DNA of 64,000 nt, from the NCBI GenBank assembly GCA_040755455.1, contig JBFMAY010000005.1:49990-113989 (forward strand), given 5' to 3'. Origin of the DNA: Thermodesulfobacteriota bacterium (lineage in GTDB: Bacteria > Desulfobacterota > Desulfobulbia > Desulfobulbales > SURF-16). Every line of letters starts with the position of its first letter. Position 1 is the stretch's first letter. This document shows, in pieces, positions 9,377 to 18,935 of the stretch. Position numbers and translations under genes: made by a program. The notes under the pieces were generated by a model. That model was given only the letters and a program-made list of their open reading frames with translations, searched no databases and had not been told where the DNA came from.

Positions 9377-9730
9377 ATGGAGAAATTTGAAGAAATAGCC
9401 CGGATTGCCGAATGGCTCGCCTTGCCGCTGGTCTATTTCGTTCTGCTCGTGTTGTTTCTTTTTTTTGTTGTGCGTCCTTTTTTTTCCCACATTTTCAATG
9501 TGGACCGGATAAATGCTCTCAGGACTTTGCAGGAAGCTGGGAAAGAAATGGAAATGGCCCAGCAGACCGACATCGCCCGGGATGAACAGGGTGCGGCGGG
9601 AGATGACCAGCCGGCTGAGCCGGCCCCTGGCAACAGGGATGAGCAGCAGCTCATGAGCAGGCTTGCCGAAAGTGATCCTGAAAAGGCCGGCAGTCTTGTC
9701 AAGCAATGGCTCAGGAAGGACCGGAGTTGA
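9377..9730 (+). CDS. Small single-TM protein resembling the FliF C-terminal segment
   Basis: TM ending FFVVRPFF, acidic linker, C-terminal LAESDPEKAGSLVKQWL; upstream TTGAAA...TATAAT (9301-9328). Confidence 0.7.
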   Translation: MEKFEEIARIAEWLALPLVYFVLLVLFLFFVVRPFFSHIFNVDRINALRTLQEAGKEMEMAQQTDIARDEQGAAGDDQPAEPAPGNRDEQQLMSRLAESDPEKAGSLVKQWLRKDRS

Positions 9731-10059
9731 GTGACTTTGCCATTGACGTTCTTCCATAAATAAATTTATATTTTTCGGATTTCATTATAACATTTTTCTT
9801 CTTGGGCAGAAGGCAATGCGGTATTTTGCCGTGTGCTCCATACTTCATCGTTGTTTCTGACCAGGCTTCATGAGAGCAAGGTTCCAAAAGGAGCTTAGGA
9901 GCCGTTACGAAATAACGTGTACAATTCTGCCCGTTTCTTCACGGCTTCTTCTGCCGTTTTGGTTATCAGCATGACCAGGTTATTTTTTTTACAACGGCTT
10001 ATCGGCAGCGTGGGGATGGAGCTTGTTGAAACCATCCGCCGCTTGAACAGGTGCGCGCC

Positions 10060-11169
10060 ATGAAAGATATATTCTTCCGGAAGATACCCCCCTTGATTTA
10101 TTTTCTTGCAGGGCTTGTCCTGTTCTGGTGGTTTTTTGTCAGATCGGACCAGTCTCTCATCAAGCCGAATGCCGCGCCCCGGGCGGTCACGGCCCGGGGC
10201 GACCTGGCCGCTGATGAGCGCAATACCATTGAGCTGTTCCAGGCAACCTCGCCTGCCGTTGTTTACATAACCAGCATCGAATTGCGGCGGAATCTGTTCA
10301 ACCTGAACATTTATGAGATACCCAAGGGTACCGGCTCCGGTTTTATCTGGGATCAGGAGGGCCGGATTGTCACAAATTATCATGTCATTGAGGATGCCAA
10401 CCAGGTGCAGGTCACCCTTGCCGATAACAGCACGTGGAAGGCCGTGCTGGTTGGAGCTTCCGCGGACAAGGATATTGCGGTTCTGAAGATTTCCGCGCCT
10501 GGAAAAAATTTAAAACCGATTCCCGTGGGAGAATCCGCCAGCCTGCTGGTCGGCCAGAAGGTTTTTGCCATAGGCAATCCGTTTGGTCTTGACCAGACCA
10601 TCACCGCGGGGATCGTCAGCGCCCTCGGCCGTGAAATAAAATCGGCCAACGGCATGACCATTCATGATGTCATTCAGACGGATGCCGCCATTAATCCGGG
10701 CAATTCCGGCGGACCTCTGCTTGACAGCGCCGGCCGTCTCATCGGGGTGAACACGGCCATCTACAGTCCGGATGGGGTCAACGCCGGCATCGGCTTTGCC
10801 GTTCCTGCCGACGAAGTAAACCGGGTGGTTACCGAGATTATCAAGCATGGCCGCCTGATCAGGCCGGGACTAGGCGTGTCGGTGGCCAACGAAAGGCTGG
10901 TGGAGCGGCTGGGCATCGAGGGTGTGCTGGTTGTCCAGGTGGAGAGTGGCAGTTCGGCGGAGAAGGCCGGCATCCGCGGCGCGAGAAGAATCGGAGGCGA
11001 ACTTCTGTTAGGTGATATCATTGTCGGCCTGAATGGCAAACCAATTACAAATCTTGATGATCTGCGCCGGGAAATGGAGCGTTACCAGGTTGGCGACGAG
11101 GTGACCTTGAAGGTCATTCGTGATGGTAAGGAATTTCAGGTCAAGGTTATTCTGGATGCGGTAGGATAA
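10060..11169 (+). CDS. HtrA/DegQ-family (S1C) serine protease with one PDZ domain
   Basis: GTGSGFIW, VTNYHVI, DIAVLKI, IQTDAAINPGNSGGPL; N-terminal TM. Confidence 0.95.
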   Translation: MKDIFFRKIPPLIYFLAGLVLFWWFFVRSDQSLIKPNAAPRAVTARGDLAADERNTIELFQATSPAVVYITSIELRRNLFNLNIYEIPKGTGSGFIWDQEGRIVTNYHVIEDANQVQVTLADNSTWKAVLVGASADKDIAVLKISAPGKNLKPIPVGESASLLVGQKVFAIGNPFGLDQTITAGIVSALGREIKSANGMTIHDVIQTDAAINPGNSGGPLLDSAGRLIGVNTAIYSPDGVNAGIGFAVPADEVNRVVTEIIKHGRLIRPGLGVSVANERLVERLGIEGVLVVQVESGSSAEKAGIRGARRIGGELLLGDIIVGLNGKPITNLDDLRREMERYQVGDEVTLKVIRDGKEFQVKVILDAVG

Positions 11170-11197
11170 GTGCCTCTATGAAAAACAGGACAAGGCC

Positions 11198-12559
11198 GTG
11201 ACCTGGTGGACGCGGGCGCTTAAAAGCGTCATTTCCTTTGATGACGGTCAGAGACTGGATTTGTTCAGGATTTTCCCGGCATTCAGAAGATTTCTGGCGG
11301 CACGACACCATTACGCCCTGCTGCGTACCGGTGCGGACATCCTTTTTGTGCTGGTGCTTATTTCCGGTTTTTTCGGTCCCCAGGATGCGCGGCGCAATAT
11401 TGCTGTTTTTCTGACCTGGGGCATCCTGTGGCCCGCCATTGTTCTGTCCTGGTTTTTTGTCGGCCGCATGTGGTGCGGCATTTGTCCGTTTCCCGGGCTT
11501 GGTGTTTTTCTGCAGAGACGGGGATGGACGTTTTCCCTCAACGTTCCGCGCTTCCTGCAGAAATACGGGGTGTACATCGCCGTTTTCCTGCTGGCCCTCA
11601 TCATCTGGTTTGAGACGGTTACCGGCTTGAATGAATGGCCGGCCGGCACTTCGTATCTTGTTCTTTCCATCGTGATCGGGGCGGCGGTGATGGCGGTACT
11701 TTTTCAGGGCCAGTCATGGTGCCGCCATCTCTGCCCGCTGGGACGGATCAGTGGAGCGGCGGCGACGATTTCCATTACCGAGTTCAGGGCTGACCATGAT
11801 AAATGCCGGGGATGTAAAAGCGTTTCCTGTAAAAAAGGGGCGGATACGAGTCGCGGCTGTCCTGTCTATCTTGGCGCGGTTTCCGTGCAGAATAATCTGC
11901 ATTGTCTGGTCTGCGGCCATTGTCTTCCTCTCTGCGACCGTGATTCGCCGCAGTTCCTTTTGCGCAATCCGTATAACGAGCTTATCCGCAACGCCGGCAA
12001 ATATAAAACCTGTACCTACACCGTGCCTTTTCTCATCGGCTCCCAGATTGCCCGTTTCATGAGGGAAAAGCCGGTTTACAGTCAGGCGCTCGACTATTTC
12101 GCCATCTCCGATTCGCTGCTTTTCAGTCTCCTGCTGGGCATCTGTATTTTCATTGTGCTGCTGGTGATAAGACTCGGGACAAAACTCTTCGGGGTAGTGG
12201 ACAATGACCCCATTGTCGGCAAGTTGTCGCCCATGGTGCCCATCCTTATCCCCATGGCCTTTACCGGCGAGCTTGTTTACCGCATGGCCCATTTTGCCGA
12301 GGGTATCGGTGATTTCATCCCCACCATCGGCAGGCAGTTCGGGCTGCCGATCCTTGAAAGGATATCCTTTTCCATCCCGGTGTTTCCGGTGCAGGTGCTG
12401 TCAGCCTTTTTCATGATGAACGGCGCCATTGCCGGCGGCTACATCCTGTGGCGTTATTGTCTCGGGCCTTTTGAGGGATTCGTTGATTTGAAACACTTTG
12501 TGATTATTCATCTTCTGCTGGGCGGCGCTCTGTTCAGCTATCTGCTGGTGATTTTTTAG
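11198..12559 (+). CDS. Membrane 4Fe-4S binding protein (NapH/polyferredoxin-like)
   Basis: Two CxxxCP motifs (WCGICPF, WCRHLCPLG), CRGCKSVSC..GCP and CLVCGHCLPLC; many TM helices. Confidence 0.82.
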   Translation: MTWWTRALKSVISFDDGQRLDLFRIFPAFRRFLAARHHYALLRTGADILFVLVLISGFFGPQDARRNIAVFLTWGILWPAIVLSWFFVGRMWCGICPFPGLGVFLQRRGWTFSLNVPRFLQKYGVYIAVFLLALIIWFETVTGLNEWPAGTSYLVLSIVIGAAVMAVLFQGQSWCRHLCPLGRISGAAATISITEFRADHDKCRGCKSVSCKKGADTSRGCPVYLGAVSVQNNLHCLVCGHCLPLCDRDSPQFLLRNPYNELIRNAGKYKTCTYTVPFLIGSQIARFMREKPVYSQALDYFAISDSLLFSLLLGICIFIVLLVIRLGTKLFGVVDNDPIVGKLSPMVPILIPMAFTGELVYRMAHFAEGIGDFIPTIGRQFGLPILERISFSIPVFPVQVLSAFFMMNGAIAGGYILWRYCLGPFEGFVDLKHFVIIHLLLGGALFSYLLVIF

Positions 12560-13628
12560 AGAGTGCATCATGTTGTTCGGTTTTATGCCGTTTTCTGGTT
12601 GACAGCAATGTTTTGCCCTTGTCCCTGGCGATTTCCCTCATTGACTGCGTGGGGTCTGTCTCGTCAATGATTTCCTGCCCGACAATCTCCTCGATGATAT
12701 CTTCAAGGCTGATAACACCCGTCATGCCGCCATATTCGTCCACAACGCAGAAGAGGTGCTGTCTGCGTTCAAAAAATTCAAGCAGGATGGTGTTGAGCTG
12801 GGCGGTTTCCGGGACAAAATGAACCGGTTTCATCAGGGAGGCGAGGGTGCGGCGTTCTTCCCCCTCCGCGACACACAGCCAAACATCTTTGCGCAGAACG
12901 ATGCCGACGATGTCATCGGGGTTGTCGTCGTATACCGGGACCCGGCTGTGCCGGTTCCACTGGTCCTTCATGAGCTGGGCTTCGGCAACAGACAGGTTTT
13001 TATCCAGGGTAAAGGTAACGGTGCGGGGAGTCATGGCCTCCCTGACGGTTTTTCTTTTCAGGTCTATGATGTTTTTGATAATCCCTTCCTGCTGGGTGTC
13101 GATCACCCCTGATTTCCTGCTGAGCACGGTCATGGCGTGAATTTCTTCCGCGGAAATCTCGGTTTTTTTATCATAACCCGGGATGACCATCGTGGTATGT
13201 TTGATAACCCAGACTATGGGAGAAAGAATTTTTATCAGACCGTAAAGAGGAACGGCTATCCATGGAGCAATTTCCTTGCTGTAAACAACCCCGAGGGCCT
13301 TGGGAAGAATTCCAGATAAGATGAGGATGGTGAAGGTGAAGAGGGCGGAAAAGAGACTGAGATACGTGTCGCCGAAAACCGCGGCGGCATACCCTCCGGC
13401 AATGGCTGCGCCCATGGTGTTGGCTATGGTGTTGAGGGTAAGAATGGCGGAAATGGGTTGCTCGATATTGTTTTTGAGCCCTTTCAACAACCGGCCGGAG
13501 GGTTTGCCTGATTTGGCGAGAATTTCGATCCGGCTTGCCGGCACGGAGTAAAGCACCGCCTCAATGATGCTGCACAGGGCGGAAACGAGGATGGCAATAC
13601 CGGCTGCCAGGCAAAGTTTTACTAACAA
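12534..13628 (-). CDS. CNNM/DUF21-CBS domain (hemolysin-like/CorB-type) membrane protein
   Basis: SALCSIIEAVLYS, AILTLNTIANT, MTPRT, HSRVPVY, VVDEYGG..GVISLEDIIEEIVG.EI.DETD. Confidence 0.92.
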   Translation of the reverse strand: MLVKLCLAAGIAILVSALCSIIEAVLYSVPASRIEILAKSGKPSGRLLKGLKNNIEQPISAILTLNTIANTMGAAIAGGYAAAVFGDTYLSLFSALFTFTILILSGILPKALGVVYSKEIAPWIAVPLYGLIKILSPIVWVIKHTTMVIPGYDKKTEISAEEIHAMTVLSRKSGVIDTQQEGIIKNIIDLKRKTVREAMTPRTVTFTLDKNLSVAEAQLMKDQWNRHSRVPVYDDNPDDIVGIVLRKDVWLCVAEGEERRTLASLMKPVHFVPETAQLNTILLEFFERRQHLFCVVDEYGGMTGVISLEDIIEEIVGQEIIDETDPTQSMREIARDKGKTLLSTRKRHKTEQHDALSKKSPADS

Positions 13629-13665
13629 GTGTTATCGAGTTAAGTGGTGGTGAGAAAGAATAAGT

Positions 13666-14067
13666 TTAATGCGATGTAATCTCCGGCTGGGAAACTTTTC
13701 CGGAGCTTTCTGCGAGAAATTCTTCTATTTTCTGCTGTTGCTCAAGGCTCAACTCCCCGAACTGCACGCCGTTCCGCCGGATGATGGTTGATCCGGTGGG
13801 ATGAATCGGAGCGGAGTCGGTCGAGGTTATCGTTTTGCATGGGATGTTTTCAAGATAAAAACCGCTGGAGCTGTTTAAGATGCCGAGTTCAAAATAGGGA
13901 TTCTGGGTGATGTCCTTACTGGTCAGAAAGCGAAAAGCAAGACCGCCTTTGCTGATGTTGATGATCTGGCCAAAGGTTGTTTCATTGAAGACAAGGATGT
14001 CATCAGCCAGATGAAAGCGTTCGTGTTTTCTGCGTTCAACAAAAGATTTGCTTTGTTCCATGGACAT
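13666..14067 (-). CDS. Stand-alone PilZ domain protein
   Basis: ERRKHERF (RxxxR) and NISKGG (D/NxSxxG); GGAGG RBS before ATG 14067. Confidence 0.85.
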   Translation of the reverse strand: MSMEQSKSFVERRKHERFHLADDILVFNETTFGQIINISKGGLAFRFLTSKDITQNPYFELGILNSSSGFYLENIPCKTITSTDSAPIHPTGSTIIRRNGVQFGELSLEQQQKIEEFLAESSGKVSQPEITSH

Positions 14068-14275
14068 GCTGATACCTCCAGGCTGTTTGCCGTGAAACAG
14101 CATCTGGATATGAATTAAAAAAATATAACAGATTAATACATTAAATAAAAAAAATGATACACGATTCATTATTTGTTTTGCAATATTTATTCCTTGATTT
14201 TTTCGATTACTTTTACCATCTTTTCAGCATGATGCGTTATTCACTGGAAAATGAAATATTCATTTTCCCGGAAAA

Positions 14276-14833
14276 ATGACCGTTTTCGTGGAATTTGCCG
14301 TGTTGACCATTGATCAGTATGCCGGGCTGCTTGCACGTTTGAATGAAAAAAATATGCCTGATGTCAAGAAAATTGTTCTCCTGGCAGGGATGGATTTCGG
14401 TGATCGTGAAAAGTGGTGGACCAGAAGTGGCAGGAGGCGCCGTCCCCATGAGGGAGTGGATGTGGTCTGCGGTGAGGACAGCGCAGGGGAAAGGCATTTC
14501 CTCGGGGAAGGGGTAAAGGTTCCCAGTCTCACCTCGGGTGAGATAGTTGCCATATGCGATGATTTTCTTGGCCAATCCGTTTTGGTCAGAGGTGCAAGCC
14601 GTTCCCGCGGCAGCATTATCGCGGTGCATGCCCATATCCTGCCCAAGGGCGGGCGGGGAGATCTGGTGGAGGCTGGTGAGGAGATTGGTGTTGTCGTCCC
14701 GACGGAGGGACCGGTTCCTGCTCATCTCCATCTTTCCCTGCTGGGGTTCAACCCGGCACTGCCTTGGGCGGATATTGACTGGCAGTATCTTAACAAATGC
14801 GATTGGGACTTGTTCCTCGATCCATTCGCATAA
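14276..14833 (+). CDS. M23 peptidase-like protein
   Basis: HEGVD (HxxxD), AH, and HLH motifs with V.AGE.IG; no signal peptide. Confidence 0.65.
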   Translation: MTVFVEFAVLTIDQYAGLLARLNEKNMPDVKKIVLLAGMDFGDREKWWTRSGRRRRPHEGVDVVCGEDSAGERHFLGEGVKVPSLTSGEIVAICDDFLGQSVLVRGASRSRGSIIAVHAHILPKGGRGDLVEAGEEIGVVVPTEGPVPAHLHLSLLGFNPALPWADIDWQYLNKCDWDLFLDPFA

Positions 14834-14850
14834 ATAATAAGGAGTTTGTG

Positions 14851-15327
14851 ATGACAGAAGATGTTGATAGAAAATTAATCCCCAGCCTGCGTGAAGGGAT
14901 TGATGTGGTTAAGATGATTTTTTTTAAGAAGCTGAAGGCGTATCTGTTGAAAAAATTTCCGGAGGATGGGGATGTCTATGCCGGTATGCTTGCCGGGGCC
15001 ATGATGAACGATCTTTTCGGTTCACCGAATCCCCAGGAAAAATTCAAGATCTTTGCCGAGGAAAACCGCAAGCGCATCAGGCAGGAGCTGGAAAATGTCT
15101 CACGTGAATTTAAAGATCTGTGCATCCTGCTTACCGACGCTTTGCGTATGCACTTCCTCTGTAATCATCAGGAAGGCATCGAAGGCAACAATGAGGAGAT
15201 TTTGAAAAAGGCAAGGGATTACGGGATACTGATTGAAGCCCGTGATGTGCCGCTGCCCAAGGGTTTTATGGAGCTGGTTTACAGGGTAGGCAAGGCCAAC
15301 GGGTTGATCAGCGAGCAGAAAGGTTAG
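14851..15327 (+). CDS. Hypothetical protein
   Basis: AAGGAG RBS before GTG/ATG 14848/14851; 158-aa ORF with protein-like composition. Confidence 0.75.
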   Translation: MTEDVDRKLIPSLREGIDVVKMIFFKKLKAYLLKKFPEDGDVYAGMLAGAMMNDLFGSPNPQEKFKIFAEENRKRIRQELENVSREFKDLCILLTDALRMHFLCNHQEGIEGNNEEILKKARDYGILIEARDVPLPKGFMELVYRVGKANGLISEQKG

Positions 15328-15475
15328 CGCCGTATGCTGTTCTGGTGTTTGACTTGCGCGGCAGGGAGCAAGAGCCCTGTTGGCCTGGAATGTGTCTTGT
15401 TTTGTCGCGGTTGCTGACCACAGTGGTGAGGGGGCTGCTATTACTTGTTTGCTGAAAAAAATAAAAAAAAGATGC

Positions 15476-15503
15476 TTGCATTCGTCTCTGATTTTGCTAT
15501 GTT
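15476..15503 (+). promoter_or_regulatory. Putative sigma-70 promoter for the small ORF
   Basis: TTGCAT, 16-nt spacer, TATGTT with extended -10 TG, preceded by an A-tract (UP-like). Confidence 0.45.
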
Positions 15504-15588
15504 ACGATTTGCTGAATTTTTTAAATGATGAGTGGTAGTGAAACAAAAAGTTGGCGTTTTCAAATGTGATGAATGAAGAGTTAGAGAA

Positions 15589-15732
15589 ATGAGCAAACGT
15601 GAAGCTATCCGCATCCTGATGTTAAGTCCGATTTATTTCAAATTATCCCTTGCTGAACGACATGAGTTGATCGAAGAGTTTCTGCAGATTCATCGACAAT
15701 CCTCATTAAAAATGTCCCGGGATAAGAAGTAA
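15589..15732 (+). CDS. Small 47-aa protein MSKREAIRILMLSPIYFKLSLAERHELIEEFLQIHRQSSLKMSRDKK (below ORF-track cutoff)
   Basis: Manual translation, ATG 15589 to TAA 15732; fills an otherwise empty intergenic gap and has a promoter-like motif upstream. Confidence 0.6.
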   Translation: MSKREAIRILMLSPIYFKLSLAERHELIEEFLQIHRQSSLKMSRDKK

Positions 15733-15787
15733 ATTATACTTGCTGTTTTTCCTCTTTTACTATTCTCAACCATGGGTTATGAATTTT

Positions 15788-16276
15788 TCATAACTCGTAC
15801 AGGGTGTCATCTTCAGCCGGCGGGTTTTTGTAGCCGCCTTTCATTTTTTTTCGCATGGCGGCAAAGGGGTCTTCATTTTCCAGAAGTTCTCCCATGTCCG
15901 TCTCGATCTTGTCCGGGTCTTCACCCGCTTCCATGCGGCTGATGGCCTCCTCCATCCCATCACCTAAGGCGAGACCGGTCTGCTGTGAGAATTTGCGCAT
16001 GAGCAGCGCCATCTGCCGGGGATCGTCTGCATTGATAGTATCCGCCTCCTGGGCCAGTCCGGCAAGTACCCGTTCCATTTTTGCCTCATCAAAACCAGGG
16101 ATAAAATCCTCTTCCGCCCCCTTCTTTGCTTTGCCTAGGGTGGCGAAGGCAGAGACTTTCCGCTGAAGCACTCCTTGACATTTCGGGCAAGGGGGCTGGG
16201 CGGAGGTATTGATCCGCCGCGAAAGAAAATTAAAGATCGTATGGCAGTGCTTGCAGTAAAATTCATAAATCGGCAT
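15788..16276 (-). CDS. FmdB-family zinc-ribbon protein
   Basis: MPIYEFYCKHC ... CPKC.G..L.RKVS.F. Confidence 0.88.
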   Translation of the reverse strand: MPIYEFYCKHCHTIFNFLSRRINTSAQPPCPKCQGVLQRKVSAFATLGKAKKGAEEDFIPGFDEAKMERVLAGLAQEADTINADDPRQMALLMRKFSQQTGLALGDGMEEAISRMEAGEDPDKIETDMGELLENEDPFAAMRKKMKGGYKNPPAEDDTLYEL

Positions 16277-16315
16277 GTAGTTGTCCTTTAGAGCTATTAC
16301 GGGACAAGCTCTGAG

Positions 16316-18100
16316 TTAATTTCGTGATTCAAGATCCTGCCAGCGGGCATAGAGCTTATCAACTTTATCCTGGGCCGGCTGCAGAAGCGCGCACCATCTG
16401 GCCAGTTCCTCGGCATTGCTGATGACCGCTGGATTTTCCAGTTGCTGCCGGCATTGCGCAAGTTCCCCCTCCGCCTCGAGGATTTTTTCTTCAATGGTGG
16501 CCAGTTCAAGTCTTTCCCCATAGGTTATTTTCGCTTCACCCTGCTTCCGCGTTTTTTCTCTGGCCACAGTTTTCTTTTTCACGGGCGCAGCCTGCCGGTT
16601 CTGATCCTGCAGCCACTGGTCAAAATCCTCATACAGAGCGGTTCCGCCCCTGCCGTTAAACCCGAGAATTTTCGTGGTCACATTGTCCAGAAAAAATCGA
16701 TCATGGCTGACCAGGACGACGGCCCCCGGAAAATCAATCAGGCTCTCCTCCAGCACGGCAAGAGAAGGGATATCAAGATCATTACCCGGTTCGTCGAGCA
16801 GGAGGATATCCGCCTGCTGCAGCATGAGGCGGGCAATGAGTATCCGGGCCTGTTCGCCGCCGGAGAGACGGTTTACCGGTTGATCAAGCTGATCGGGCTG
16901 GAAAAGGAAACGTTTGGCCCAGCCCACGATGTGGATGGGATTACCCTGGTAAATAACCGTGTCGCCGGCCGGGGAAAGAGACTGGCGCAGGGTCTCATCC
17001 TGATTGATCTGTTCCCGTTTCTGGTCAAAGAGCACAAGGCGCACCCCATCGGCCAGCATAATTTTCCCGCTGTCAGGAGCAATGGTGCCGGCCAGGATAT
17101 TGATAAGGGTGCTCTTGCCGCTGCCGTTCGCGCCCATGAGGCCGAGGCGGCTGCCCGGCGCGAGGACAAAGCTGAGATTGCTGAACAGGGGGCGTCCTGC
17201 CGCAGATTTTGAAAGATCCATGGCCTCAAGCAGTTTTTTTGTTTTACGGCCCGTTGCCTCAAAATCAATTTTCACCTGTCTGTTTGCCGCGTTCATTTCC
17301 CGTACGCTATTGAGCTCATTTTGCAGCTCATGGGCCTTGTCAATGCGGAAACGGGCCTTGGTGGTGCGGGCCTTGGGGCCGCGGCGCAGCCATTCCGTCT
17401 CCCGGCGCACCTTGTTGGAGAGTGCGGACTGGCGCTGGCTCTGGCTGTCGAGAAAGGCCGCTCTTTCTTCAAGGAAACGGCTGTAATTCCCGTTGACCCG
17501 GAAAAATCCCTCCGGATAGCAGCGGTTGAGTTCAATGATGCGGCTGGTGGTATTCTCCAGGAAGGCCCGGTCATGGCTGATGAGGATGAAGGCAAATGGC
17601 GGGTTGGCCAGAATTTTTTCAAGCCACAGGATCCCTTGGATATCAAGATGGTTGGTGGGTTCATCCAGCAGAAGCAGATCGGGTTGCCGGATCAGTGCCC
17701 GGGCAATCGCCAGTCTCTTGCGCCAGCCGCCGGAAAGGTCGGCAACTTTTTGCTGGCCGTCATCCAACTGGGTCTGGCCCATGATGATTTTTATCCGGCC
17801 ATGGCGGGAAACTTCGTCATGATCATCGGCGATTGCTTCCTGCAGGACCATCTCAACCGTCTGCTCCGGCTGGAAGGTGTCATCCTGGGCCAGGTAGACA
17901 ACCTGTAAACCCTTCTGGCCGGTTATTTTACCACTGTCCGGCGTTTCCTGTCCGGCAAGAATTTTCAGCAGGGTTGATTTGCCGGAACCGTTGGGACCGA
18001 TCAGGCCAAGCCGTTCATCGCGGTAAAAACTGATGGATATGTCGGTAAAAAGCTGGTGGGCGGCGAAACTCTTGCTGATTGACTGGCAATTGATAATCAT
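16316..18100 (-). CDS. uup: ABC-F family ATPase (Uup-like)
   Basis: Two ABC cassettes (GPNGSGKST, LSGGW, LLLDEPTNHLD; GANGSGKST, LSGGE), WLRRGPKARTTK linker, C-terminal coiled coil LYARW. Confidence 0.9.
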   Translation of the reverse strand: MIINCQSISKSFAAHQLFTDISISFYRDERLGLIGPNGSGKSTLLKILAGQETPDSGKITGQKGLQVVYLAQDDTFQPEQTVEMVLQEAIADDHDEVSRHGRIKIIMGQTQLDDGQQKVADLSGGWRKRLAIARALIRQPDLLLLDEPTNHLDIQGILWLEKILANPPFAFILISHDRAFLENTTSRIIELNRCYPEGFFRVNGNYSRFLEERAAFLDSQSQRQSALSNKVRRETEWLRRGPKARTTKARFRIDKAHELQNELNSVREMNAANRQVKIDFEATGRKTKKLLEAMDLSKSAAGRPLFSNLSFVLAPGSRLGLMGANGSGKSTLINILAGTIAPDSGKIMLADGVRLVLFDQKREQINQDETLRQSLSPAGDTVIYQGNPIHIVGWAKRFLFQPDQLDQPVNRLSGGEQARILIARLMLQQADILLLDEPGNDLDIPSLAVLEESLIDFPGAVVLVSHDRFFLDNVTTKILGFNGRGGTALYEDFDQWLQDQNRQAAPVKKKTVAREKTRKQGEAKITYGERLELATIEEKILEAEGELAQCRQQLENPAVISNAEELARWCALLQPAQDKVDKLYARWQDLESRN

Positions 18101-18387
18101 AAAATAAAAAATATAAATGTCTCGTAATAGCTCACGCGTGGAGACATGGCAAAGGATTAAATGTGATCAACAGAAGTGTAATCTTTTTTGCTGAAAAATA
18201 AAGTAGGCCGGATTTTTTTTATCATCCCCGTGATAAATCACCGACCAGGGGAAATGGCAGCTCCTGGCAGGCGTGTTTTCTGAAAAAATGTTGACTTCCC
18301 AAGAGGATATCAGGCAGAATTTAATTCCAAGCAAATTACCTCCTGTCTTACGGGGCAGGCTATATATTTTATTAATGAGGTTATTAT

Positions 18388-18924
18388 ATGTCAGATGAAG
18401 CGGAAACCATTGATGTCGTGGCTAACATTTTCAGTCAGGCCATTAAGAAAACCCTGGAGAAAAGCACCAAAAAAACGATCAAATATTCGCCGACCTTTCA
18501 GTCCATCCCCAGGGTCAGTCTGAAGCCTGAAATAGGATGTTTCGTCATGTTCTCCGGCGATTATAACGGGTTGGTCGTGATGAACTTCTCCGCCGATGCG
18601 GCAATGGATCTCTATAGAAGTTACATGCTCAACATGGGTTTGCCGGAAAGTGATTTAGCCAAGGAATGCACATCCAATGAAGTCATTGACACCATGGGGG
18701 AGATGACCAACCAGGTCATGGGCCGCGCCATGAGCATGGTGGAAAGTAAATTTGAACTCACCGCAAATTGCGGTCAGCCGAAGGCCTTGGCGTTGAACAA
18801 CGCCATCACCCTCACCCCTGAGATGGATTATCAGACCAATCGCCGCGTTGCCTTTTCCATGGGCACCAACAGGTTTCATATGGAGCTTGCCCTGGAGCAG
18901 ACCCAGTTTGTCACCTTCAAATAG
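18388..18924 (+). CDS. DUF3334-like CheC/CheX-fold protein
   Basis: LKPEIGCFV.F.GD..GLVVMNFS, DTMGEMTNQ (E..N motif); promoter-like TTGACT-18-CAGAAT at 18291-18320. Confidence 0.75.
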   Translation: MSDEAETIDVVANIFSQAIKKTLEKSTKKTIKYSPTFQSIPRVSLKPEIGCFVMFSGDYNGLVVMNFSADAAMDLYRSYMLNMGLPESDLAKECTSNEVIDTMGEMTNQVMGRAMSMVESKFELTANCGQPKALALNNAITLTPEMDYQTNRRVAFSMGTNRFHMELALEQTQFVTFK

Positions 18925-18935
18925 CGGGAGCCTCT

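Noticed and set aside
9917..10063. 48-codon GTG-start ORF overlapping the htrA start (ATGA)
   Set aside because: Poorly spaced RBS and no recognisable motif; may be chance.
10060..12559. Magnetosome-island genes (MamE-like protease, Mad-like ferredoxin)
   Set aside because: The HtrA has no magnetochrome CxxCH motifs and no other mam/mad genes are present.
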